A stretch of 64,000 nucleotides of DNA from Harriotta raleighana (taxonomy: Eukaryota): the NCBI GenBank assembly GCA_050575255.1, contig JBNZDD010013718.1, positions 1,000,429-1,064,428 on the forward strand, written 5' to 3'. The notes under the pieces were generated by a model. The model searched no databases. It worked only from the letters and a program-made list of their open reading frames with translations, and was not told where the DNA came from. The translations under genes were made by a program, and so were the position numbers. Position 1 is the stretch's first letter, and the number at the start of each line of letters is the position of its first letter. Positions 12,353 through 24,800 of the stretch are shown here, piece after piece.

Positions 12353-14256
12353 ATGCCCCACAACCAGCCACGAAGTGAGTGAACAGCTTTATCAGGTGGA
12401 TTGTTGGCCGAGCCAGTGGGTGAAACTACTTTCTCTTTTCAAACAGCGCCATGGGATTTTTAGCGGCCACCTGAGCAAGCCTCAGTTTGATGTTTTATCT
12501 GAAGGACAGTATTTCTCATCAATGCAGCACTCCTCCAGCGTTACATTTGAGTGTCAGTCTAGACAGTGAAATCAGAGTTCTGATGCTGCGCTTGAACCCA
12601 CAACCTTCTGACTCATACACAAAAATGCTACCGATTGAGCTAGGCTGACGTCTGCAGTGTAAACCGAGGTCAATTCTGGTCTTTTCTGCTTGCTTGAGCG
12701 CAGTTCCCAGCATTTTTGAGCCGGCCTTTCGAGTGTTTGGTCTCGATGTCGTTCCCAGTGACTTTCAAACCGGAACCCTTACCCTCCCTCCCTCCCTCCC
12801 TGAAATAAACACTTTCAATCTTGTGCATCCTCCGTTAATCATCTCCATCTGTTCATTGTTGTGCTTTGTAAAGTTGGTTTCCCTGACAGCTAGTGGTAGT
12901 TACAACACAGACAGAGCTGATATTACATGAAGAACGGCCAGCTGAAACAAGGGCCTGTAATACCAGTAGTCAGACAAAGCAGTGAAGACTTATTCACTGT
13001 ATTTTCAGTCACTCTTGTCTTCCTGCCTTCCCCACCCCACCCTCTTTAGTTTTCCCCTCCCGAACTTTGTGAGTGTGTGTCGTTTAACAGTCTCAAAGGT
13101 GACCCACATGCTTTCACCAATAAGTAGAAGTCTTTAACTTTCAAATTAATTTTGAGGATAGATGGTTGAAATCTAATTTATCGGCACTTTTAATGGTCTC
13201 ATTGTTGCACAGTCTCCAGACTTCACACTGAATAATAACCCTTGTGTTTGACACAGCACCTTTCACATGTGGGAGGACTTGGGACTTCCTCCCGACGTGA
13301 AACGCGCTCTATAAATGTAATTTTGTTGTTGTTGATGATGTCTTACAGTGTTTCACGGAATGTACAGTTAAGCATAGTGTCTGTGTATTTTGCATCCCAA
13401 GCATTGGGAAAACAAACAGCCACGAAATGAATGAGCAAGTTTACAAGGGGTACTCTTAGTCAAAATATCAGGAAAAAACTCTCTTCTCTTTTTGGCTTAG
13501 AGCAACTTGCAGCTAAACAGGTAGTTGGACTTTGAGGGTAACCTCATATCCTCAGAAGCACAGCCAAGCACGATCCTTCAGTACTGCATAGAGATCACTA
13601 ACCCTCAGCCTAGTCTGAGTTCGGAGTCCTTACCTGAGGTTTGAACCCACATCCTACTGACTCAGAGGCAGGAGTGCTGCCAACTGGGTCAGGCTAGCAA
13701 GTTACTGGCAAAAAGTGAAGTCCTACATTGCTGAAAATAAACCTACAAAGATTGGGTTTTGCGGAATTGTACACTTCCAAGTGGGTCATTAGAAAAGCCA
13801 CCTTCACTTTAGCACGAGATGTAATTTACGTTGAATGAAAAATACCAGCCACAAGATAGTGTGCAGGGTAATTTATTGAATCAGCACCCTGATGATTGTT
13901 GGCAGCATTGCTTTTATTTTTATTTTCCGAGCTTGTCAAGGATAATTATTGGATTTGGTGAGTTTTTTTTATGGAGCTGGCATCAATGGGATGTCTATGC
14001 CAGGGGCCTGTTAAGGATAATGATACTGATGGTAGTCGATCATTGCATTCCAATGTAGTGTGTTATCACCTTGTCAAGACGTTTCAGAGTTTTTCGCTGT
14101 ATGAAATCTAGTCGTAGAATCATAATAGATGTAATAATAATCCTTGCATTTGTTATCGCGATTTCCACGTCTTCTAGACGGCTTAAAGCACTTCACAGAG
14201 TATACTGTAAAGCGAATTGACTGTATTTTTTTGTATGGGTAAAATGCGGCAGCTAA

Positions 14257-14585
14257 TCATCGTAGAATTATACAGCACAGAAGGAGGCTATTTGGGCCAC
14301 CGTGTCTATGCCGGCTGTTTGGAACGATCTGTCCAAATCACTCCCCTGCCCTCTCCCCATAACCCTGAAACCTATCCTCACCAAACAACTATCTACTTCT
14401 CTCTTAAATGTTGTTGTGGAATTGGCTTCCACCATCCTTTCAGGCAACGCATTCCAGATCCGAGCAACTCACTCCGTGAAAAAAAGTCTCCTCCCCTCCC
14501 CTCTGTTTCTTTTAACAACTGTTTAAATCGTTGTCCTCGGGTTACTGACCCACTCGCCAGTGGGAATAGTTTCTCCTTGTTCACC
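14257..14585 (-). mobile_element. CR1 LINE 3' fragment
   Basis: Minus strand encodes KEKLFPLASGSVTRGQRFK, the CR1 ORF2 terminus, followed by a CR1-type 3' UTR. Confidence 0.75.
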
Positions 14586-15379
14586 CCAATGACTGTGCAT
14601 ATCTAGGTAAATGCTGCAACCAATTTGCTCACAGTCATGTCCCAGTGAAGCAAATGACAGAATTTATGAATAATAGTCCTTGCATTTGACATCACATCTT
14701 TCGAGACGTCTCAAAGCCTCTTCACGGAATGTACTGTAAAGTGAATTAAGTGTATGTTTTGTGGGCCTGTGTGCGGGGAGTGGGGGGGTTGGGGGGTCGG
14801 GCGAGAGGTGGGGGAAATGCTGACCAGGACACCAGCGAGCCCCTTTTGAATAATGCCAGGAGATATTTAAAATCGATCTGGACAAGTGCAGACGGAACTC
14901 CCTGCTCATGTCTCGTCCGAAAGATGGATGAGATGCAGTGCATGAGTTATTTGCTTGGCAGGGCATTCGAGATGTACCATAGTGGTTGACAGATCAATTG
15001 ACTTAATCAGCAAGTGTATCGTATTTCATTTGCTGGTAATTGATACCTCCCCAGAGTGTGCACTGATAATTAATTAATGTGTAACTCACTGTAAACCCAT
15101 CCCATACGCACAGACTCTTGTGACCCCTCAAGAGAGGGATTCGCTTCCGCAAGGCCGCTCTGCCCCGAGACCAAAGCAGTTACCGTTTTGCCATGAAAAG
15201 AACATCACGTGTTACAAAATTTGAGTGTGCACGTGACAGGAATATGGGTGTGAAGAATGCCATGCTTCACCAGAGAAAAATTATCATTTCAAATCTGTTC
15301 TGAAACATGGTCCCTTTCAGCCCCATAGACAAGGGAATAAGTTGGCGTGTGAGAGCCCTGGATTGACAATGTAAACTGT

Positions 15380-15670
15380 CCTTTGGATGAAACGTCAGAC
15401 CCAAGGTCCCATCTGCCTGTTCAGGTGGACGCTAAAGATCCCATTGCTGTACTCATCAAGAGAAAAGAGTTTCTCTCTGTGTCCAGACTGATAATCGCCA
15501 AGGTAAAAATCGGTCTTTAACTTTATGGTTGTCTCAGGAGGTATCTGTGTGAAAATTGGCTGCTGAATTCACCTGCAAGTACACAGTCACTACACATTAT
15601 AGTATAGTACAGTATATAGCTTTGAAACAACGTGATAGGATGCTATAGCAGATGAGAGTATTATTAGTAT
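15380..15670 (+). mobile_element. Old DeuSINE-type (SacSINE/AmnSINE-related) copy
   Basis: Deu-domain-like text aggtcccatctgcctgttcaggtggacgctaaagatccca, then aaattggctgc and a LINE-like tail; relatives near 3040-3290, 12400-12650(-), 16950-17210(-), 17775-18030, 20235-20490(-), 52495-52730, 54190-54430(-), 62860-63020(-). Confidence 0.65.
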
Positions 15671-15796
15671 TAGATGCCTTTGCAAGCAATGGACCCCCAA
15701 AATTTATGACATTTCTTTGTAGCAACTTGACTTTAACTCTTTTGTCCTATCCTTCTAGGCTGGCACTTGGTCCTGAATCAAACGTAACCTGACGCT

Positions 15797-15827
15797 ATGA
15801 AGCCTTTCGCAAGGAATAAATTAATAG
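15797..15827 (+). CDS. ATP8B4: Coding exon 1 (MKPFARNKLI+G); exon starts at 15759 with 5' UTR
   Basis: Pyrimidine tract plus ttctag acceptor, in-frame upstream TAA, ATG at 15797, strong G|gtgagt donor in phase 1 matching the next exon. Confidence 0.65.
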
Positions 15828-18800
15828 GTGAGTAGACCTTGTACGGAAATATCAGAACAAAATGTGTGGCTCTTTTCCTAATGGTCTGTTCCTGTCAATT
15901 GCCTTGATAACCATTTACCTCTTTGCAAACAGCGCTCGCTGTATGAACAAGAATTCTGGGGCAAGTTGATAGAAGCGTTAACAAGTTGCCAAGGCTTTTA
16001 TCTCTAAGCGGCTGAGCACAGTGTGACTGGGAATCCATTATTGAGTAGACTGGCTGCTTTTAACTCCACAACACGCTGGCAGGGAGAGATAAAGTGGATC
16101 GTATGTTTTGCTACTAAGATTATTGTTGCGTGGAGCAACTGGAGGAGGTGTTTCGACACTTTGGAGCTCGTTTAAAGTCCCAGTCAAAAGCGGGTCTAGC
16201 CTTGGCTGCCTTTTTGTGCTACACCTCAGTGATCAGTGCAAACACTGACTTAAGAGCCTGTCTCCAGGAGGTTTCATAGCAACACATGTTGAGGTTTTAA
16301 AAAGAAAACATTCTTCAGCGGTGAGGTCCGCTTGGAGAATACCTTGCTGATGTTAGAGCAAGGCTTTGCTTATGTGTATCCTGAGGGTGCGCGTTGGACC
16401 AGCAGGTAAAGTATTTTCCTGGTTCTATACACTATGTGCTTTGTGTTCATTATGTATTCAGTGGAGTTTGGCGTTGGGCTAGTTTCAAAGGCTTTCAGTG
16501 CTGGCTGACTTCTGTTTTTACGCTTGTTGTAAAGAGTGGTGATGATTAAGGAGGAGTTGGGGGTGGGGAGCTGGTGATAAGACATCTCCTGCCAAGTTGG
16601 CGACCTTCCTATGCTGTGCTGCTGGTGGTTATTTTTCTTTCGACCTATCTTAGCCCGCTACAGTTTTCACTGCAAAAATTTTAAAATAGACTGCGAATGC
16701 CGAAGGTCTGTAAATACCAGGGAGAGGATGCTGGAAATGTGAGACCAGGTCAAGCAAGAAACCGAAAGGGAGAGGCAGGCACGTTAACGTTTAAACGGCT
16801 CAGCGCATTGTTTTCGCTCTGGGTCACAGCAATAATAATCCTTGTATGTGATACATCGCCTTTGGTGCGTCAGGGAGTACACCCCGTCACGCTTCACAAG
16901 TTTTACTGTAAAGTGCAGTGTTTGTAGGCGAACGCAGCAGCAATGTTTCACGAGCAGCTAGTAAGTGTATGAATTGTATCTGAGGGATTGATGGCCAGGA
17001 CTCCGGGAGAAGCTCCCTTATCTTTTCAGATAATGCTGTGGGATCTTTAACATGCAGTTGAACAGGCGGACGGGACTTTAGATTTAATGGGACCAACAAC
17101 ACAGTGCTCACCCAGCCATGTCAGCTTAGACGATAAACTCAAATAAGCCCGATATGGGGCTTGAATGCACAATGTTTTGACTCAGAGTGGGGAGTGCTTC
17201 CAACTTGACAACGCACGCACACACATGCGCGCAAACACACACATGCAGCAACAACAACAACAAATTTATATTTATAGAGCGCTTTTCATGGGAGCACGCA
17301 GGCACGCACACACATACACGCATTAAATACTAAAGCATGTCTCACTTGACTTTTGTGCATTTAAACAGTCATTCCAACAATTTAAATTACAACCACAACA
17401 AGATTACATTTGTACAGTGCCTTTGACGTTGGGAGGATGTCCCAAGGCCGCTGGACTATCCTCCCGATGTGGAAGGCGCTATACAAATGTAATTTCTGTT
17501 GTTGTTGTTGGAATTTTTTTTACAGACACAGGAATCAGAATAGAAAAGCCGGCAGATTTTTAAAAAAAGTTTACTGAGAGTCTGCTGGGAGAGCCTGGCC
17601 TTGTGATAGTCCTTTGTCAGGAATACAAGACGAGCGGCAGGATGGAAATGACAATACTATACCACGGACAGGAATGAAAGTCACAGCCTCAGATTCCAGG
17701 ACTGTTTTACAATCTGTGAAATGGGTGTCATATTTCGATGAACAGCAACAATAACTGCCATTAATGTGTGCCAGCCTGGCTCAGTTAGCAGAACTCGGTT
17801 TTGGAGTAACTTTTGGATGAGATATTAAAAAGCGAGGTGCAGTCTTACCTGTTCACGTGCACTTTAAAGATCCCAAGGCACCATTTGTAAAGAGAAGGGA
17901 GAGAAGTTGTTGTGTGTGTGTATGTGTGTATATTTACTGCCGCGTTTGCCTTACAAAATATATAGTTGGTGCACTTTGCAGTGCTTTTAAGCGCTTTGAG
18001 ATGCCCTCAAGGAATGAAAGGCACATTTTAAGGAAACAATTTGAACCCTATTTTCCGTATGGTTCCGGAATTATCACTGGCGATAATTGAGGAATTAGAT
18101 GCGTTTAAGAAATATGGCAAAATTCAGCCCTACCCCCTTTTAAGGAATGCATAGAATTTCAATTTGGTTTGGTTACTCTCAAGCACAGTAATGATGGGTT
18201 TCAACATGGGTTAGACCCACCCCCAACCCCCCACTACACCGGATGATCAAAAAAAACTCTCTTGTGATTTTTCCTTCTGTTTTCATTGCGCAAATTATTT
18301 CCATTCTGGAAAGGTTAAATGCTTAACAGATCTCAGTGGAAACGTGCTCTTGAGGTTTCGCAGTGATATGTGCAATAGTAATACAGAGGGTTCTTTAACA
18401 AAAGACTCCAGAAGAAAGATTTCTTCTTCGTTGGTGGAGATTATCTTAAATGATTTATCTCAATTTTCTTTTCTTTTCCCAAAGGCAGTGTCGCCCGCTA
18501 TGTATATTTACATCGACATTTACCTTGTCTTATTGTGAAGCTTATCCCCAGAGTTGGCTGTNGCTATGTATATTTACATCGACATTTACCTTGTCTTATT
18601 GTGAAGCTTATCGCCATTGTGAAGCTCTCAGTCAAAGTAGAGTTGGCTGGNAGCTTATCCCCAGAGTTGGCTGTCTACCTAATTGGAAAGGAGGAAGTCT
18701 TGACTCTGTCTAACATCCACAAACGTTCGCAATCCTAGCATGATTCACCGCGTAGCGATCCTGTGGAGGAACCTTGGCTGAAAGAAACTAACTTGGTGCT

Positions 18801-21800
18801 CGCCAAGGATTGAACTGGGACTTTCCCAGTCTGTTAACGGTTCAAGACCACAGTAGACAGAGGATTTGCATAGTTAGTCACCGGGGGGAATTTATTTTAG
18901 GCAGAGTAGTGCCCTATAAAGAGATAGTTCTTTTCTTCCCCTCACGGCATGGACCCATCTCCTTATATTTACCTCTCTTGTTATTCCGAGGGTGATCAAT
19001 TAATCTGCTGGACTGGAAGTCAAAACGCATGATAGCAAATTCTGGATGTTTTGAAATGCTAAGGAAAAAGAGTAAATCAGATCCAGGTGGAATTTCCTCC
19101 TCCGTTTTTGGTCACAAACTTAAAATCATTGCCTTCAATTATAAATGTACAACATTTCTTTGTGGGAAAACTGAAGATTGTCAAATCTAGAGATGCTCAA
19201 AAACCTAGATATAATAGTAATAGCGCTTTTCACATCTTCTAGATGTCTCAAAGCATTTGACAAGAATATACTGTAAAGTGAATTGACTGTATATTTGTGG
19301 GAAAAACACAGCAGCCAATTGCGCAGAGCAGTGTCCCACAAACAGTCGTGGATTGAAATGGCTAATGCATTTTTTTTCGGGATTATTAGGTGTGTGCAAT
19401 AAGGAAACTTGCCCAAGGTTTTGCCCTACCCGGAATCAAATCCAGGTCTCTTGCGTGCTATGGTAAAATCTAGGTTTATGCTGTCTGTGGTGAATGTATT
19501 ATTTCCTTTCCAGAGGTAAAAATAACATGTTCGTTCCAATAGATTGGTTGGTAATTAACATTGTTCGAATTTGGTTTGGTTCTTTAAATATTTGTCTCTT
19601 TCAAAGATGCTGGCATTCATGCAATAATGTTATGATAATAGCTTTGTCTGTGTCTACATATATTAAGCTTGTGCAGTGCATTTTCTTTGGGGTGTGTTCA
19701 ATTTCATCTGTTCAAATTCAAGATTTGCAAGAGAGAAGGGATACCACGGCTTCAAAAGAGACTGTTATCCAACTGGTTTGACCAGACCAGTAAACAACAA
19801 TAAGAATCCCTTACTGGCGATTTTAATATGTTAATAATAATGATCAATCCTGCACTGAGGAGCCCAACAAGGAAATGAGTTAGCTTGGAGAATGTGCTTC
19901 TCTTACGGTTTGATGAACGAAACAACTCATTAATTAGAAGCGGATTTTAATACCTTTTAGAGCACTTTATGAGAAAAGGTACTGAAAGGCAAATGTGTTG
20001 AGATTAATGACTAGAGCAAGTGTGCACAGCCGTGGCTTTTGACGTTTCTATGTTTCCCAATCTCCCAAAGATCACGCTCTTGTGGAAAATAAAAATCATT
20101 TAACATGTGATGTTACAGGCGTTGTAATTGTTTTTGCAATTAACCAATAGGAAATGAAATACGCAACCTTATGTCTTTAAGAAGGAATGTTTTTTCAGGG
20201 GCTAAAACTGAGTGGAACACATGATCACATCCATCTGGGAGGATTGTTGGCCAGGACACTGAGAGAAACTCCCATCTTGTTGTGAATAGCACTGTGGTAT
20301 CTTTAATGCTCATCTGAACAGGAAACTCTGGGTTTGGCATCTCATCCAAAGGATGGCATCTCTGACAGTGTAGCGTTCCCCCAACCCACGGCCCGGGACA
20401 TGTATTATGAGTCCTGATATGGGGGGGGCTTGAACCCATAACTTTCTAATTTGGAGGCGAGAGCGCTACCCACCGAGCCAGGCTAACACCCAATGCAATT
20501 GCCGGATAAATTGAGCAGCTGGTCCATGAGGTTACAAGCGATGGCTCCCGGCAGATGAAGCTGGCAGATGCAATGATTAATTGCTCGCTCACTGGGCAGT
20601 AAAACTGCATCACACTTCAAAATGTGTGGAGAACCCAATAGATCAGGACTGCCTTGGTTTCAGGCTCCAGTGCCTTAGGGGGGGGGGTTGAACAATGGAA
20701 CAAGATCAGTATAATTGAAGTCTTTTATCCAAGCCACAGCAGAACTGAACTCCCATGTGCCAAAATCCCCTCGGAAGCTTCTATGTGAGCCGTTCGTCCA
20801 CGATCCTCAATTTGTAGTGATAGTCTCAGCAGGAATTAAGAGATTACTTTGCCTTTAATGATGATCCTGGGGCAAACCAACTGGAGGTTGGGATGGATGC
20901 AAAACGTTGTGATTGACTCCTCATCAATACAAAACAAGAGTCAGTTTTAGCTGGATTTTAGCCCCAGAAAAATAATATCATAAGTACGGAAAGTTGACCC
21001 TTTTTTGAATTGCCTGTGTTATATTCTGATGATGATAATAATAATAATAATGTTAATCCTTACAATTTATATAACGCATTATCACATCCTTTCTTAACAG
21101 CAATTCCTATTACCTGGTGATTCACGGGAACTCTACTTACCCATGACCTATGTCTGGTTACCCAGTTTGCCACAGGTTTGGCCAGACATATTTGCACCCT
21201 GAGCTGCTATAAGCAACCCCCACTACACATATCACATTTTAGACAGTACCCTGCGTGAGGGGTAAGATATGAATCCCACGTTATTGTTGTTGTTGTTGTA
21301 GGAACGAAGGCTGCAAAGTTTCCTAAAGTTCATGGTCCGGGTCAAAACGGAAGAGCAGCAATGAACTCCCCATTTTTGTTTCTCTTTCGTGATCGCTTTG
21401 CCTTTCAATATATTGTTTGTTCTTTGATCTTTTTAAGTACCTAAGCTATATCTGTTTAAGGGTGAACTTTCCCAAACCGACAGCACTAATGTGGAGTGGG
21501 GGGGCCTCTTTTTGGAGCAGGCAGTTTTGCAGGAGAAGCAAAATAAAGCTGCCTGAACAGTTCCCAGAGTACTGCTGCAGAGAGCTTTTCCTTTCACGTA
21601 TCAGAATCCCACTATAGATCTGACTCCTCGCCAGTGTTCCTGCTTTTCCTCTCTCCCTTCCTGCAGATGTGGCACCTCTGCTTGCGCAGTGGAGCTTGCT
21701 TCTACTCCGTCCCTCTCTCAGGCCCCCAATCTTTCCAGGCAGGCTTCTGTAACCATTCCTGAACACACAGCACAGCCCCTTCCAGAGTTTGTTCCCTGGA

Positions 21801-24800
21801 ACGCTGCCCTAGACACAAGACCAGCGGCCTCCAGATAAACTTAGAAAGCCCTTGTGCAATACTTAATAACATATACAACAACAACAACAACAACAAAATT
21901 ACATTTATAGAGCGCGTTTCACGTCAGGAGGACGTCCCAAGCCCAACATTGAGATAATCCAAGATGGCAGCAGCCAATGATTCACAGTTGGGTTGGGCAT
22001 GTACCATTACCAATATTTCAGTGGCAGGGGGTGAGTGGATTTTAAAAGATGTCTCGAACCTTTTAGTTAAGGACCGAAAGGGGTTTGTTTTCTTAAGGGA
22101 GGAATTTATTCCAATTTTAGCTCAAAAGGATCTTGTTATTGAAGCTCCTTCTGCGGTTAATCCCACCGAAGTGCACAGCTTTGCTGTGAGCTCAAGGCCC
22201 GACACAATAGTAACAACATCTTGAGGCTGATAGTGGTGTAAAGCTATCCTCGCATCAGTGCAGAACCTCATGCAGAGACTGACTGTGTTTGTGTTCAACC
22301 TAAAAACACCCCTTGGGTTTGAGGTGAAATGGATAAGACCTCATTGAGGTTTTCATGTTGTCTCGACCCACACTCATAACATGTTCTACTCTGCAATTTC
22401 TATTTGTGAACCTCACCTCGTTATAATGTGAGCGCAAAATTTGGGCTGTGGACCCAGATACTCACTCACCAAAGAAATGCGCTTGGGGAAAAAAATAATC
22501 CGGGCTGTTTTCAACAAATTATCTCGCTTCAGAACGTTTGTCTGCCTTGGGCTCTAAAACAAAATGTAATACACCACAGTCACTCCACTTTGCAGCAAAA
22601 CCTAAGAGGCGTTTTGCGATGTGCTCCCAATGTGAAAGTTGTATGGAAAGAAAAATGATCGTATTGGTTGGTTAATTATTGACGCATTAAACCAATAAGT
22701 CACTGGACAGGCTCATAATGTTCAACACTTTCTAATGTCCTTTGACTGCACACTAAAATGTTAATATGGTGGAGACACCTCAACTGTTACAATGTCAGTG
22801 ACGTTTCCTCTCCACTGAATAAATGGGGCGAGTTGTGATGTTTTTTTTTGCGAGGTCACAGTGGGGTCTTTTGTATTGCAAAACGCTTGCTGTTTAATAA
22901 TGTCGTGTGGTTCTGCTTGCCCAATCAGACCGTGGAAGCATAAATGTTTGTATTTACAGTTTGGCAGAAAATTGCATTGCTCGGAGGCAAAAGATTTCTC
23001 TCAAAATGTTCATATAGCAATTTAAAGAGTCTGTGCCTTTCGCCACAGGGCACAGATGAAACACAACTTAACTTTCCTGGTTTTCCTCCCGCCTGATGAT
23101 AATGATAATCCTTGCTTTTGAACTAGCGCCATATCACATCTTCGAGACGTCTCAAGGCGCCTCACCCGAATATACTGTAAAGTGTAATGGCTGCATATCT
23201 CACGGGAGAAATTTAAGGGACTTCCTTGCAGATAATAGCAAAGTACTAATCCTGGTATTGTTATAGCTTCTTTCGTTTTGGGGGGTGGGGGGGATCGACT
23301 CGCGGGATTTACCGTAAAGTATAGTGACTGTGAATTTTGCAGACAGACCCAGTAGCCAACTTGCTCACAGCGATGTCCCACAAAACAGGCTCGAAGTGAA
23401 CGTTTTGGAAGAATTGCGATGAACAGACCCATGTTACAAAGGAGATTGATCGGCTGTGGTTAGACACAGTGCACCACGGGTTAGATGCAGAGTGAAACCT
23501 CAGCGTTTGCGCTTGAAACGCACAGTCATTCTACACTTTACAGTAAATCCTGTGAAAGCACTTTGAGACGTCCTCCCGATGTGAGAAGCACTGAGCTGCA
23601 TACCATTCCCCACCTCACTCCCCAACCTTATACAGTAGCTGGGTAACCTTCTCCTCCCCTCACAGTCCCAGAGTAATACTGTACATCTTCACTCATACTG
23701 CCACCCTGGATGGATTTGATGGGAGTCAGGCTCACCAACAGGCAGCTTTGTGACTGTGGCCGTCTGGGAGTTGTCTGGAGAACACGGGTCACGCTTCAGA
23801 CTGCAGACAACAAAGTTGCATTCAAACGGAGTTGGAATGGTAGAATGATTTTGAAGATCAATGTTGCTTGCTGCCCTAGAGATACCAAAATAACATTGTG
23901 TCCTTTTGTCCGTGCCTTTGGCTCACCTACAAAATGCACAGTCACCACACTTTACAGTAAAGCCTTCCGAGACGACCTCCTGACGTGAAAGGAACAAGAT
24001 CACATGCAAGGATTATCATTATTATTATTATTACATATCCTCACTGAATCGTAAAGTACGGCGAGAGAGGCCAAACACTCATTGGGTTATGGGAGGTGTC
24101 CACTTTACCCTGTATTTCCCTTTCGCTGTATCTCCCTCTGGCCATCTCCACCCCCTTCCCATATTCACCCCCCTCCCGCAGAGTCTTCCCTGCCCATACA
24201 TACTTCCCCCCGCCCCCAGTTATCTCCTAAAACATAAACAGCAATTAAAAAGTTATACAGTCCATCATGTAAGCGCTTGGTGTTTTATACAAGCCAAGTA
24301 CTGTAGCTCCACATGCAATCATTCACAGTCCCTGAATCAGATACTAATCATTACTCAGAAACTTCAGATATGAGAGATGTTACACAGCTGACATTCTTTG
24401 GACAGATTTTAAAATAATTTCTTCTGTATTTATCTTTCCGCTGGGTGGTCCTTGGCACAGCGTCAAGTAGCAAAGTGCTGGAATGTCCCACAAAGCAGCT
24501 TGTTGTGGTTAACTGTATTCACGATGCAACCTGTCCATCGACTGCCAGGACGGTGGGAGGCGAACTAGATGGACCTTGGTCTACTTTCGCCCAGCAAAGT
24601 CTTATGTCTTTGTGTATTCCACTGATGTGAAGGATGAGTGGAGAAAGGCACCACCGTAGACCAGTGGAGCACATTTTTTGGGATTGATGCAATCCCAATT
24701 TGCGCACTAAACAAATATTTTAAAGCAATAAAATCGGTCGTTCACTTCATTGGCTGCTTGTTGCATGTTGCTGTGCGCAAATTGACTGCTGCGTTCGCCT

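Noticed and set aside
19500-19522. tttcctttccagAGgtaaaa as a recursive splice site or 2-nt microexon
   Set aside because: Does not match YAG|GTAAG cleanly, would shift the frame as a microexon, and the intron is only about 14 kb.
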